From Candidatus Aenigmatarchaeota archaeon (GTDB taxonomy: Archaea > Aenigmatarchaeota > Aenigmatarchaeia > GW2011-AR5 > JACRAC01), in contig JACPJV010000033.1 in assembly GCA_016187395.1 (NCBI GenBank), positions 2,151 to 66,150 of the forward strand: a stretch of 64,000 bases of DNA, in the 5' to 3' direction. Of this stretch, positions 25,326 through 35,139 are shown in pieces. Position 1 is the stretch's first letter. The number at the start of each line of letters is the position of its first letter. Made by a program: the position numbers and the translations under genes. The notes under the pieces were generated by a model. It was not told where the DNA came from, made no database searches, and saw only the letters and a program-made list of their open reading frames with translations.

Positions 25326-26798
25326 ATGGATGAAAGTCAGGGACAAAAAACCAGGGAAAACAGGAGAGAGCTGGGCATAACAGCCTCCAGGGAGAAGGAT
25401 TTCAGCGAGTGGTATTCGCAGGTCATACTGAAGTCAGAGCTTGCAGATTATACGGCAGTAAGCGGATGCATAGTTTTCAGGCCTTACTCCTATACTATAT
25501 GGGAAATTATCCAAAAGCATCTTGATTCAAGGCTGAAAAAAGCAGGGGTAAAGAATGCATATTTTCCCTTGTTCATACCGGAAAGCCTTCTTGCAAAGGA
25601 GAAGCAGCACGTGCAGGGATTCAACCCAGAGGTTGCCTGGGTCACGCATGCAGGAGAAACCAAGCTCGGAGAAAGGCTTGCAATAAGGCCTACATCCGAG
25701 ACAATCATGTACGATTCCTATGCAAAGTGGATACGCTCTTATAACGACCTGCCTCTTCGCATAAACCAGTGGAACAATTCAGTGAGATGGGAGTTCAAGC
25801 ATCCCGTGCCTTTTCTGCGCACACGCGAGTTCTTGTGGCAGGAAGGACATTCTGTCTTCGCAACGCAAAATGAAGCAGAAAAGGAGGTGCTGCAGATGCT
25901 TGGTTTGTACGCAGAGGTTTATGAAAAATTACTGGCCGTTCCTGTTGTAAAAGGCAGGAAAACCGGGAGGGAGAAGTTTGCAGGCGCAGAATATTCGACA
26001 AGCATCGAGACATTCCTGCCAATAGGCAAGGCCATACAGTGCGCCACATCTCACTTTCTCGGCCAGAACTTTTCAAGGACATTTGAAATAACCTATCTTG
26101 ACAAAAGCGGCAAAAGCTTGCACCCCTGGCAGAACTCGTGGGGTATTTCAACCCGTAGCATCGGAATCGCAATAATAATGCACGGCGATAACAAAGGATT
26201 AGTTCTCCCGCCAAAAGTCGCCCCTATCCAGATCGTGGTAGTACCCATAGTTTTCGAGAAAAACAAAGACCTTGTAATCAAAAAGGCCGGGGAAATCGCG
26301 AAAAAACTGTCAAAATTCAGGGTGCATTTAGACGACAGAGACAATTATACGCCCGGCTGGAAATTCAACGAATGGGAGCTTAAGGGAGTTCCGTTGAGGA
26401 TTGAAATCGGGCCCAAAGACATGGAGAAAAAACAGGTTGTTGTCGTGCGCAGGGATACAGGAGAAAAAATGTCTGTCCCGTTTGAATCTGTTGGCAAAAA
26501 AATCGCTTCGCTGCTCGACGATATCCAGGAAAACCTGTACAGAAGGGCAAAAGACCGCATGGAAAAAAGCACGGTTGAAGCGAAAAGCTGGCAGGAGTTT
26601 CTGAAGAACGCAGATTCCAGGAGATGGGTAAAAGCCCTGCATTGCGGCGATCCAAAATGCGAGGAAGAAATACAGGAGAAGACGCAAGGAGTGAAGGCAA
26701 ATTGCATTCCTTTTGACCAGCCGAAAAAGACCAGGGACAGATGCGTCCACTGCAATAAGCCTGCGAAATATGAGGTTCTCTTTGCGAAGAGCTACTGA
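25326..26798 (+). CDS. proS: prolyl-tRNA synthetase (archaeal type)
   Basis: Class II motifs and FSEWYSQVILKSELADY at the N-terminus. The start was set at MDESQ rather than at the track's upstream extension. Confidence 0.9.
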   Translation: MDESQGQKTRENRRELGITASREKDFSEWYSQVILKSELADYTAVSGCIVFRPYSYTIWEIIQKHLDSRLKKAGVKNAYFPLFIPESLLAKEKQHVQGFNPEVAWVTHAGETKLGERLAIRPTSETIMYDSYAKWIRSYNDLPLRINQWNNSVRWEFKHPVPFLRTREFLWQEGHSVFATQNEAEKEVLQMLGLYAEVYEKLLAVPVVKGRKTGREKFAGAEYSTSIETFLPIGKAIQCATSHFLGQNFSRTFEITYLDKSGKSLHPWQNSWGISTRSIGIAIIMHGDNKGLVLPPKVAPIQIVVVPIVFEKNKDLVIKKAGEIAKKLSKFRVHLDDRDNYTPGWKFNEWELKGVPLRIEIGPKDMEKKQVVVVRRDTGEKMSVPFESVGKKIASLLDDIQENLYRRAKDRMEKSTVEAKSWQEFLKNADSRRWVKALHCGDPKCEEEIQEKTQGVKANCIPFDQPKKTRDRCVHCNKPAKYEVLFAKSY

Positions 26799-27241
26799 AT
26801 CTTCCTGTCCATCCAGATATATTTCTTGCCGGTTTTGAAGCCATGATTGACCAGAAATTTCTGTATCGGGGCGCTATGCGCATTAGCCCATGCGTAGACA
26901 TGGGTAATTCCCAGAGTCTTCAGACGTGCGATACAGGCATCGAAGAGCTTTTTTGCTATGCCCCGCTTCCTGTAACTCGGGATCACAACCAGATAAATTA
27001 TGCAGGCATACCTGTGCCGCAATGGTCTATCTGCATCGTTGCCATCTGCGAGGACATACCCAACAATTTTCCCCTTGTCTTCTGCCAAAAGAAACACGTT
27101 ATGCCTGTCTCTTATCCTTAGCCTGAAGTCATCTTTGTCCATGAAAGGTTCATCGGAACTCACACTCAATTCAGGTGTCTTCAGACCGATTTCGTAAAGC
27201 TCCTCGAAATCGCTGGGAACAGCTTTCCTGATTTTAATCAT
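26792..27241 (-). CDS. GNAT-family N-acetyltransferase
   Basis: VVIPSYRKRGIAKKLF acetyl-CoA motif. The start was set at MIKIRKAVPSDFEE. Confidence 0.8.
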   Translation of the reverse strand: MIKIRKAVPSDFEELYEIGLKTPELSVSSDEPFMDKDDFRLRIRDRHNVFLLAEDKGKIVGYVLADGNDADRPLRHRYACIIYLVVIPSYRKRGIAKKLFDACIARLKTLGITHVYAWANAHSAPIQKFLVNHGFKTGKKYIWMDRKIQ

Positions 27242-27304
27242 AAATAGCCTCTGAAAGGAGTGAATCACGTTACCTTTATATAACTCCAAAAAGATATTCT
27301 TACA

Positions 27305-27625
27305 ATGGCGCAGAAAGGCATTTCCCTGCCTATCGAAATGATAATCGTCATAGCCGTGGCAGTACTAGTTCTCATAGTGATAGCCGCTTTCTTCATCAGC
27401 GGAGGCGGCAGCGGCATAGGCAGGATAACCGATGACGCAGCATTCAGCCAGGGCTGCGTGACCTTGAGATTCACGTACAACTGCGCAAGATCTGCAAACC
27501 AGGTAACAATCCCCGACTATCAGCTGCCGGGCGGCCAGTCAGGCACGCTGCTTGACGCATGCCAGAGAAAGCTTGGCGTCACAATGGACGACACCCAGTG
27601 CAAGATCGCCTGCGGGTGCAGGTAA
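27305..27625 (+). CDS. pilin-like protein with a class III (type IV prepilin-like) signal peptide, Cys-rich
   Basis: MAQKGISLPIEMIIVIAVAVLVLIVIAAFF. The C-terminal part has several Cys residues. Confidence 0.7.
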   Translation: MAQKGISLPIEMIIVIAVAVLVLIVIAAFFISGGGSGIGRITDDAAFSQGCVTLRFTYNCARSANQVTIPDYQLPGGQSGTLLDACQRKLGVTMDDTQCKIACGCR

Positions 27626-27667
27626 GTCTTTAAAGTCTTTATCTTCTGCTCTTTTGAATTAATCCCT

Positions 27668-28015
27668 ATGAAAGGCATTTCTCTTCCCATAGAAATGATT
27701 GTCGTCATTGCAGTTGCAGTCCTCGTCCTGGTAGTCATAGCAGCTGTTTTTCTCGGCCAGAGCAGCAGGAATTATACATACATAGATCATCAGCGCGCCC
27801 TTACGCAGGGATGCAGCCTGCTCTCTTTTAATTATGAATGTGACGCTTCCAGATTAAGCGAAATAAAGGTGCCTGATTATGATCACTCCTGCAACGGCGC
27901 AGAAAAAGGCACTCTGGAAGCAGCCTGTTGCGCCTTGAAATACGAATATTCAGATTTGCAAAATTCAAACCACTGCGCCTATGTTGCGTGCAAGTGCCCC
28001 CAGCCACTGTCGTAG
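27668..28015 (+). CDS. pilin-like protein with a class III signal peptide, Cys-rich (tandem paralog)
   Basis: MKGISLPIEMIVVIAVAVLVLVVIAAVF, nearly identical to the neighbouring gene's N-terminus. Confidence 0.7.
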   Translation: MKGISLPIEMIVVIAVAVLVLVVIAAVFLGQSSRNYTYIDHQRALTQGCSLLSFNYECDASRLSEIKVPDYDHSCNGAEKGTLEAACCALKYEYSDLQNSNHCAYVACKCPQPLS

Positions 28016-28131
28016 CAGGAATTCAGCCTGCCGACAGGGCCTCCAGCACAGCCTGGCTGCAGTCCGTAAGAAATATTTAGAAATGCACCCAAAAATCTCG
28101 GATTTTAATAGATTTTGCATGCATTCGATTT

Positions 28132-28869
28132 ATGGATTACAGGGAGCTTTTGGCAAAGCCGTTTGAGTTTGTGGCTGAGAAGCTGAGTCCTGTAGATGTT
28201 GCGGCAATTTTCTGCGACGCTGACGTTAGTGTGACAGAGGTAAGAAAACCTAACTATGTAGGAATCATCAACTACGACTTTAGAAGAGCAACCCTGGTTT
28301 CAAACAAGCCATTGAAAGGCTACAGGCAGGATAGCGGGGTATTTCTCAAAGAGCCTTCGAGGCACGACCTGCGCAGGCACGCTGACGCCTTGGGTCATTG
28401 GATACGCAGAGGCCCTACTTACCGGCAGTTCAGCGAGAATCATCATGAAGGCTATAAGTTTATGGAAAGGGAACTGCTGGGTCTGGGCGAAGATTACGCC
28501 TTTGTTCCGTCAAACGCCTCGATGAAAGAGGCCAATCCGGATTATCCGTTTCGTTTCATACCGGAAGATTCTATTCTCGTTCATGAGATAACGCACGCAT
28601 GGCTTGACAAAGGAAAAAGGAATCTTCGGGAGATTCACAGGGATCGCGATATCGCTAACGAGGCCGTTTGCATGCTGCTTGAATTGTCCCATCTTTCCGC
28701 AGTTCATCCTGATAAGCTTGAAAGAAGGGTTGGCAGGCTGAAAACACTAAGGAGAACACGGACACCACCCATTTACCTTTATACCCATACCCACGCCTCC
28801 GACCTTGCCCTGGAAATCTGGGAATCCGGAAAGGCAGAGGAAGTTTTTGCACGCCTGAGGCAGCAGTAA
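28132..28869 (+). CDS. hypothetical protein with an HExxH motif (putative metallopeptidase)
   Basis: ILVHEITHAWLD. No other family evidence. Confidence 0.5.
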   Translation: MDYRELLAKPFEFVAEKLSPVDVAAIFCDADVSVTEVRKPNYVGIINYDFRRATLVSNKPLKGYRQDSGVFLKEPSRHDLRRHADALGHWIRRGPTYRQFSENHHEGYKFMERELLGLGEDYAFVPSNASMKEANPDYPFRFIPEDSILVHEITHAWLDKGKRNLREIHRDRDIANEAVCMLLELSHLSAVHPDKLERRVGRLKTLRRTRTPPIYLYTHTHASDLALEIWESGKAEEVFARLRQQ

Positions 28870-29874
28870 TCACGCAAACCGTTTCAGCCCCCCGCTTTCC
28901 TTTTCTTTCAGGCGTTTCAGCGCATTGTTCACGCGCTCCTCTGAGAACTCATGCCTGTCACAAAGGATTTTCCTGATTTTTCCCGCATCCAGTCCGGGAA
29001 ATTCTATCTTGTACTTTCCTTCCGGAGGATTGCGAAAGAAATCCATTATATCCTCAGCTGAATATTCAAACGACCACTCTACTTCCCTGAATATCTCATC
29101 AATTTTTTTCTTCTTCACAAGATCCAGGGCTTTCTTAGGACCTATTCCACGTATGCCTTTGGGATTGTAATCCGTGCCTACAAGCAGCCCTATCACGCGC
29201 AACTGTTCTATGTTGATGTCAAGCTCTTTCAAAACTTTTTGCAGTTCCAACAGCTCAGGATTGACAAGAACAAAATCACCTTTACCATATTTGCGCCTTC
29301 CGCTTATCGATAAATTACGCACAATCCGCGGGCTGCCAAAAAGAAGAGCGTCATAATCCTGGGTGGCTATAGCCCAGGCATCCTTATTTTTAACCATCTG
29401 CGAGCACAAGGCCTCTCCTTCGCTTGGCGCCTGCACAACTGCTATTCCCATCGCCAGAAGCAACTCCTTCGCCCCCTCTATCATCTCTTCATCCAGATGA
29501 ACAGTCCTCATCGCATATTTGCGCATTGCTTTCAGGTCTCCGGCTTCTTTTGCCTTTTCAAATTCCAGGGCAGCTTCCTGCTTGGACCTGCGTCTCCTTT
29601 CCTGTTCCTCTGCCTTGAACTCAGGCGGTTTTCCGTCAAATACGTAGATTAGTTTGATCCCCGCTTCCAGCAGGTTGACCCCCCGGTAGAAAACCCCGGA
29701 CAGGTGCGATGTTATTCGCCCTTTCGAATCCTTTAGAGGTTCACCATCCACCCCGCGAATTATGCTCAGGAATTGGTAAAGCCAGTTAAATGCATCAACA
29801 GCAAGTATTTTTCCAGAAAGTTTCTGCAGCGAAATCTCCTCTGCGCTTATCAGAGGCGCGATCTGTGTCCCCAT
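28870..29874 (-). CDS. fen: flap endonuclease 1
   Basis: The XPG N/I domains are recognisable (AVDAFNWLYQFLS, YVFDGKPPEFK, ATQDYDALLFG, GTDYNP.GIRGIGPKKA). Confidence 0.92.
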   Translation of the reverse strand: MGTQIAPLISAEEISLQKLSGKILAVDAFNWLYQFLSIIRGVDGEPLKDSKGRITSHLSGVFYRGVNLLEAGIKLIYVFDGKPPEFKAEEQERRRRSKQEAALEFEKAKEAGDLKAMRKYAMRTVHLDEEMIEGAKELLLAMGIAVVQAPSEGEALCSQMVKNKDAWAIATQDYDALLFGSPRIVRNLSISGRRKYGKGDFVLVNPELLELQKVLKELDINIEQLRVIGLLVGTDYNPKGIRGIGPKKALDLVKKKKIDEIFREVEWSFEYSAEDIMDFFRNPPEGKYKIEFPGLDAGKIRKILCDRHEFSEERVNNALKRLKEKESGGLKRFA

Positions 29875-29911
29875 GATATCATTTCGTATATGGATTCAGA
29901 TTATTAAAGAA

Positions 29912-30361
29912 TCATTCAACAGAACCTCCATGGTAAAAGAGAATGTAAAGATCCTTTCGCTTGCTCCGGCTTCTGATCTTTTCAGTGCCCCTGAAATCTT
30001 CTATGCTGCCAACCGGCCTATTGGCGTATTCAAGATCGCCTTTTCTGAACATCCTGGGTCCTCTGAAAGGCTTAGCTTCCTCAACTTTCATGAGCGCTTC
30101 TTTCAGAAAATCGTAAATTTCTTCAGGGCTTGCATCAGGAGAAACAACCCAGCCACGGTAATTCATTGCCCATACAACCCTTCCATCATGCCAGACAACC
30201 TCCTCTCCAGAAAACGGGTTAGAGCCGAAATAACGATCTCTATATTTGAATCCATCCTTTTCAAAAACAAGCTCCCTGCTCCCATCCTCTAACCTTTTCT
30301 CTTCTCCGCCGCCTGCATAAGTATTCCTTTTTGCCTTTACAAGAAATCTTGCCAATTCCAT
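29912..30361 (-). CDS. conserved hypothetical protein (DUF5680-like by recollection)
   Basis: FLVKAKRNTYAGGG...DRYFGSNPFSGEEVVW. Confidence 0.5.
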   Translation of the reverse strand: MELARFLVKAKRNTYAGGGEEKRLEDGSRELVFEKDGFKYRDRYFGSNPFSGEEVVWHDGRVVWAMNYRGWVVSPDASPEEIYDFLKEALMKVEEAKPFRGPRMFRKGDLEYANRPVGSIEDFRGTEKIRSRSKRKDLYILFYHGGSVE

Positions 30362-30411
30362 CGTTCAGTTGTCAAGGAAAAGCTTTTAAACAATGGCTGG
30401 ATATTCCAGTC

Positions 30412-30855
30412 ATGGAAAGCGAGATTGAGGAAAAACTGTACGGGGTTTTTTCTTCTGTCGCAACCTCTTTGGGCTATAGCGACGTGCACGGCAGGATAAT
30501 AGCAGCTCTCATATCATCGAAAGAGCCCCTGAGCCTTCAGGAGACAGCAAAAAAGACCGGATACTCGCTGGCAGCTGTTTCCCTATCCCTGGATCTTCTT
30601 GAAATCATAGGAATGATAAAGAAAATAAAGAATCCTAATGACCGCAAGCTCTACGCAAGAATAGAGGGAGATATATTGGAAGGAATGCGCAACGCCTTTC
30701 TTGCCAGAATACATCTCTCCATAAACTCCACATTAAGCGAGCTGGAAAGCTACAAGGGAGGAAAGAACGCCGAAACCATAAGGATACTGGAAAAGGAAAT
30801 AAACCGCCTGAGGAGGTACGTGGAAGAACTGGCAAAAGTGAATGTGCCTAAATGA
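30412..30855 (+). CDS. winged-helix transcriptional regulator (GbsR/MarR-like)
   Basis: GYSDVHGRIIAALISSKEPLSLQETAKKTGYSLAAVSLSLDLLEIIGMIKK. Confidence 0.7.
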   Translation: MESEIEEKLYGVFSSVATSLGYSDVHGRIIAALISSKEPLSLQETAKKTGYSLAAVSLSLDLLEIIGMIKKIKNPNDRKLYARIEGDILEGMRNAFLARIHLSINSTLSELESYKGGKNAETIRILEKEINRLRRYVEELAKVNVPK

Positions 30856-30893
30856 AAAATAAAGGCGTTGCATGACAGCTGGTAAATGCAATT

Positions 30894-31160
30894 TTAATTG
30901 CTTAGTATGTACGCTAAGACATCAAAACCAGGATCAAAGAATTCAATCATCTCATATTCAGATCGTTCAATGAGTCTCAAGTTCTCCGTGTGTTTGGTAA
31001 GATTCTCATTCTTAAATTTTTTATAATTTTTGACCTTAAAATCACCACATCCGACCTGCATTCGATATGGATCTGGTTGTCGAATACGTAAATGTCTGAT
31101 TTCATGGCTGTCTACTTCAATTGGTTCTGTGAAAAACCTCCGGTCACAGACCGGAGGCAT
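30894..31160 (-). CDS. hypothetical ORF (N-terminus lies inside an S4 repeat)
   Basis: 88-aa ORF. The first ~11 codons are repeat sequence, so the start is doubtful. Confidence 0.3.
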   Translation of the reverse strand: MPPVCDRRFFTEPIEVDSHEIRHLRIRQPDPYRMQVGCGDFKVKNYKKFKNENLTKHTENLRLIERSEYEMIEFFDPGFDVLAYILSN

Positions 31161-31258
31161 CTTGATATAAACGAAACAATAAGATGTCTCCGAATAATAT
31201 ACCGGAGTTTTTTACATCCCGCATTCCACCTACCACCAGTCAAAGACTGGTGGAATGC
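31129..31258 (-). repeat. S4 four-hairpin element, copy 2
   Basis: The reverse complement aligns with 16316-16445 and shows compensatory pairs (cattccAcc...ggTggaatg versus cattccGcc...ggCggaatg). Confidence 0.6.
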
Positions 31259-31496
31259 AAGATTTCAAAGCAACACGAACTCCATTATTAGCAGCACTAG
31301 TTTCGCCCATGTCATGCAAAATTTTAATCAGTTTTTCGTATTCATCGCGGTGATGAGAAAAGATAGTTATATACCCTATAGGCAATTTTTCACCGATAAT
31401 TTTATTGCAAAGTTCTGCTATCTGGACGGCAACATATTTCACTGCTTCCATAAGTTCCTCTTTACTTTGAATCGGACTGAAGCGATAGAGTTTCAT
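31230..31496 (-). CDS. hypothetical protein
   Basis: 88-aa ORF. Its last codons run into the S4 repeat. Confidence 0.45.
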   Translation of the reverse strand: MKLYRFSPIQSKEELMEAVKYVAVQIAELCNKIIGEKLPIGYITIFSHHRDEYEKLIKILHDMGETSAANNGVRVALKSCIPPVFDWW

Positions 31497-31556
31497 GCAT
31501 CATCACTGCAAATAGTAGATTGTGAATTCTTTTATATAACGAATCAAAATAATCAT

Positions 31557-32147
31557 ATGGAAGGAGGTTTTGACAAACAGGGAAAAAGCCACACTAAACA
31601 GCTTGTTGTATTCGGAGTTGCGGCGGTGATAGTCGCACTGGCTGCAGCAGTCGTCTTTCAATCCTTAGTGCCCCAGCAGCAGGCAAAATTGGAAGGATTT
31701 TCTGAAAAATACTGCCTTTCCTTGCTGGAAAAACACTATCCTGACGTCGCAGATGTGTCCTTCGCCTCAGCCTCTCCAGGAAATCCCTATAATTCAAAAA
31801 CTTCCTCGCTTTTAGACGCGCCTATAGAGATTACTGTATATGGCACGCAGGACAACCGCGTTGCCGGCTGTAAAGCAGAAGCAAGCATGAAAACTTCTGC
31901 GCCTGTAGAATTTGAAGATGAGTATGATTGCAGCGGAATAACAGTAAGATACAAGGCAGAAGAGAACAGCAGATATTTGTCCATTTTTGTAGAAAATGAA
32001 TTGGCAGAAGAGATTTCCACAGACGATTTCGTTGCAATAGATTCTAAAAATCTTCTTCGCTTCATTCAGACCGCGGAATATTTCAATCCTACCGAATTCA
32101 ATACATGGGAAGATCTTCTTGCAAAATTAAGAAGAAACGAGTGCTGA
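31557..32147 (+). CDS. membrane-anchored hypothetical protein
   Basis: An internal ATG of track ORF 31092-32147 gives MEGGFDKQGKSHTKQLVVFGVAAVIVALAAAVVF (an N-terminal anchor). The upstream part overlaps opposite-strand genes and a repeat. Confidence 0.55.
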   Translation: MEGGFDKQGKSHTKQLVVFGVAAVIVALAAAVVFQSLVPQQQAKLEGFSEKYCLSLLEKHYPDVADVSFASASPGNPYNSKTSSLLDAPIEITVYGTQDNRVAGCKAEASMKTSAPVEFEDEYDCSGITVRYKAEENSRYLSIFVENELAEEISTDDFVAIDSKNLLRFIQTAEYFNPTEFNTWEDLLAKLRRNEC

Positions 32148-32157
32148 TGCGAAAAAA

Positions 32158-32334
32158 TCAATCCTTTCCGCCGCGCGATGTATGACCGACAAATAGCACG
32201 ATAAAAACAAATATCAGCGCTACAACGCCCAGCACTATCAAAAAAGCACCGCCTGAGTTATTTGCGTTAATGAGCAGCCCGATAATTATAGCAAGAATGC
32301 CCAGCAAAGCCAGTACGTTAATCACATTTGCCAT
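32158..32334 (-). CDS. 58-aa two-helix membrane protein
   Basis: Hand translation gives MANVINVLALLGILAIIIGLLINANNSGGAFLIVLGVVALIFVFIVLFVGHTSRGGKD. It falls below the track cutoff. Confidence 0.5.
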   Translation of the reverse strand: MANVINVLALLGILAIIIGLLINANNSGGAFLIVLGVVALIFVFIVLFVGHTSRGGKD

Positions 32335-32366
32335 GTATATTTATGCTCAAAGAAGTTCTAAAAGAA

Positions 32367-34076
32367 TTACTCCCCGGCCGCCCGCAAAAATTCCACGAAC
32401 AGCGGCGCCGGATCCGTGAGCGAGGACTTAAATTCCGGGTGCGCCTGAGTGCCTGCGAAAAACCTCAATTTCGGCAGTTCTATAAATTCCATCAGTTTTT
32501 CCCCGTTTCTTACATGCCACCCTGAGAACACAATGCCTTCTTTGGACAGGGCTTCTGTATACTTCGGATTCACCTCATACCTGTGCCTGTGGCGTTCAAT
32601 AATACAGTCCCCGCTTATATCGCCTATGCGAAAGGCATTTCCGGGATCATTTTTCAGTTTTTCAATAAGCCTCATGTCCCGCTCCATCCGCCCTGTTTTC
32701 TTGTAAGAATGCCATACAAGTGAATTCTTCATGAGGCTCGCGGCATAAGCTCCCAGGCGCATGCTGGCTCCGTATTTTGATTTTTTTATGAGGGCAACCT
32801 GGCTTTTCTGTACGTCAATTACAGGATGCGGTGTTTGAGGATCTATCTCCGTTGAATTCGCGCCCATAAGGCCGCATACGTTCCGCGCATATTCCACGAC
32901 AGCTAATTGCAATCCCAGGCACAATCCAAGGTAAGGGATGTCATTGTCCCTGCAGTATTTTATCGCGGCTATTTTGCCTTCTATGCCGCTGGAGCCAAAA
33001 CCGCCCGGTACGATAACACCATGAAATCCTGACAGCTCTTTTGCAATGTCTGTGCCTATTTTTTCCAGTCGTGTTGAATCAACCCATGTTATCTCTGCCC
33101 CAATGTCAAGGGTCGCAGCTGCATGCTCCAATGCCTGATTAATGCTTATGTAGGAATCAGTCAGCTCGAAATCACCGCTTGTGATGTACTTTCCGATCAT
33201 TGCTATCCGCAGTTTTCTGGAGGGGCTCTTTATTCTTGCAACCATCTGGTTCCATTCCGTCCAGTCCGGCTTTTTTATCTGCTGCAAGCCGAATCTGTGG
33301 AGAATTTTCTCTCCCATTCTTTCATTTTCCAGCTGCAGAGGCACTTCGTATACCGTGTCAACGTCAGGCGCGCTTATGACATTCTCAGATCCTATATTAG
33401 CATATGTTTCAATCTTCTGTTTTCGCACAGAATCTATAGGCATTGAAGCCCTCGCTATCACGAAATCAGGGAATATGCCTGATTCATTCAGCATGCGAAT
33501 AGCCTGTTGCGTCGGCTTTGTCTTCATTTCGCCCAGATGCTCGGGCACAGGCATGTAGCTTACAAGAACGTATACAACGTTATTCCTTCCCAATTCCACT
33601 TCGAAAGATCTCATGGCAAACAAGAAAGGCAGGTTCTCATAATCGCCTACAACACCCCCTATCTCCACTATGACAAAATCATAGCCTGCGCCCGCCTCCG
33701 CGATCCTCCTCTTGATCTCGTTTGGTATATGGGGGATGAACTGCACAGTCTTGCCTAGGTACCTGCCTTTTCTTTCATTCCTTATCACATGCCAGTAGAC
33801 CTGGCCGGTTGTAATATTATTTCCTTTTGGCAGCGATATGCCAAGAAATCTCTCGTAATTGCCAAGATCCTGGTCTATCTCGCCTCCGTCATCCGTAACC
33901 CACACTTCGCCATGCTCTGTAGGCCGCATCGTGCCTGCATCAAAATTTATGTAGGGATCTATTTTCACCGCAGTCACGCTGTAGCCGTATTCCTTCAGGA
34001 TTCTGCCGATAGAAGCAGCAACTATGCCCTTTCCAATGCCGGAAAAAATACCGCCAAGAACCACAATTATGCGCAT
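32367..34076 (-). CDS. pyrG: CTP synthase
   Basis: N-terminal GGIFSGIGKGIVAASIG and the glutaminase domain GLCLGLQ...HRHRYEVN. Confidence 0.93.
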   Translation of the reverse strand: MRIIVVLGGIFSGIGKGIVAASIGRILKEYGYSVTAVKIDPYINFDAGTMRPTEHGEVWVTDDGGEIDQDLGNYERFLGISLPKGNNITTGQVYWHVIRNERKGRYLGKTVQFIPHIPNEIKRRIAEAGAGYDFVIVEIGGVVGDYENLPFLFAMRSFEVELGRNNVVYVLVSYMPVPEHLGEMKTKPTQQAIRMLNESGIFPDFVIARASMPIDSVRKQKIETYANIGSENVISAPDVDTVYEVPLQLENERMGEKILHRFGLQQIKKPDWTEWNQMVARIKSPSRKLRIAMIGKYITSGDFELTDSYISINQALEHAAATLDIGAEITWVDSTRLEKIGTDIAKELSGFHGVIVPGGFGSSGIEGKIAAIKYCRDNDIPYLGLCLGLQLAVVEYARNVCGLMGANSTEIDPQTPHPVIDVQKSQVALIKKSKYGASMRLGAYAASLMKNSLVWHSYKKTGRMERDMRLIEKLKNDPGNAFRIGDISGDCIIERHRHRYEVNPKYTEALSKEGIVFSGWHVRNGEKLMEFIELPKLRFFAGTQAHPEFKSSLTDPAPLFVEFLRAAGE

Positions 34077-34119
34077 ACGTTATTTGGCTTGCAAAAGTAT
34101 AAATTGATTGATGCTTTGC

Positions 34120-34320
34120 TTACCCCTCCACATCCCTCTTCAAAGGCATCAGGTCGTTGTGCGGAATCCTGTAGAAGCACACGGGAGTCCTGCCCCCGTC
34201 CAGTTCTTTGATGCTATAGAGCCATTCCCCGCCTTCACGCTCCCTGTCGGTTATGATGTATTCTCCGCCATGAAAATCAACTTCCATCCCCTTCCTGTAA
34301 GGCTCTGTCATAGAAATCAC
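34120..34320 (-). CDS. small hypothetical protein
   Basis: 66-aa ORF in a co-directional trio of small genes. Confidence 0.4.
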   Translation of the reverse strand: MISMTEPYRKGMEVDFHGGEYIITDREREGGEWLYSIKELDGGRTPVCFYRIPHNDLMPLKRDVEG

Positions 34321-34329
34321 GCGAAAGAA

Positions 34330-34587
34330 TTAAGCGCTTCTCCCTTCCGGAACTCTGTTAAGAGGCGCATACGATCTCACGAATTCATCCAGGGAAACCC
34401 TTCCAGCAACGTCGGTTTTGTTCTGTCTGTAACGGAATTGCACGAAAATGACTCCTCTTTCCTCCACGGTTCCAAAAGCGAAGACACTCCTTCCATTTGC
34501 CCGATTCACGTAAGTTGTTTGCAATCTAACTCTCTCATCAGGCATCATGTCACCTACATCAGAATAATCCTTCCGCAATGGGGGCAC
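34330..34587 (-). CDS. small hypothetical protein
   Basis: 85-aa ORF. Confidence 0.4.
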   Translation of the reverse strand: MPPLRKDYSDVGDMMPDERVRLQTTYVNRANGRSVFAFGTVEERGVIFVQFRYRQNKTDVAGRVSLDEFVRSYAPLNRVPEGRSA

Positions 34588-34609
34588 TTGTATATCATAA
34601 TTTTCACCG

Positions 34610-34741
34610 TTAGTTTATCCTGAGCAGGCTGAGAGAAGTGCAGAGCGGGCATTTGAGTGTCTGATAGTACCAGACAAACTCGCAACTATTACACTTCCAC
34701 GTTTCTATCTGCACAGTGTCGTATTTCGGCTTTCTTGGCAT
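34610..34741 (-). CDS. 43-aa zinc-ribbon protein
   Basis: MPRKPKYDTVQIETWKCNSCEFVWYYQTLKCPLC. The start was set at the internal ATG because the upstream codons are hairpin-repeat sequence. Confidence 0.5.
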   Translation of the reverse strand: MPRKPKYDTVQIETWKCNSCEFVWYYQTLKCPLCTSLSLLRIN

Positions 34742-34850
34742 CGAAATCAAACCCCGCGATTTGCTTCGGCAAATCGCGAATGCACCCGCACACCTCACGT
34801 TTTGCCGAAGCAAAACGTGCATTCACCTTACCAGCCTCACATTCGCCTCT
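34742..34850 (-). repeat. leader-hairpin array L3
   Basis: The array contains cgcgatttgc-ttcg-gcaaatcgcg and cacgttttgc-cgaa-gcaaaacgtg with tgcattcacc/cacctcac linkers. The minus strand ends in ggggtttgatttcg directly before the ATG. Confidence 0.7.
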
Positions 34851-35139
34851 CAGTCGTGCATAGCTTAATTGTTCTTTATCGAAAATTCCAGGGATTCTGC
34901 AAGCTTGTTGTCAACAGGGCATCCTGCTTCCTGCAGGATGTCGTGCAAAGACCTGCGCTTCGGCATTTTTTTCATGACAAAGTGCAATCGTGACTCATCA
35001 ACGTGGATAGCATGTCTTCTGAGAAACAAGCTCAGCTTGCGTACGTGCATTTACTAGCTTTGTCCTTCTGGGAATAAATTCCCAAAGTTAATAGGAATTT
35101 AACCAAACGGTTAAATACTTATGCCCCTTCTAGAATACT

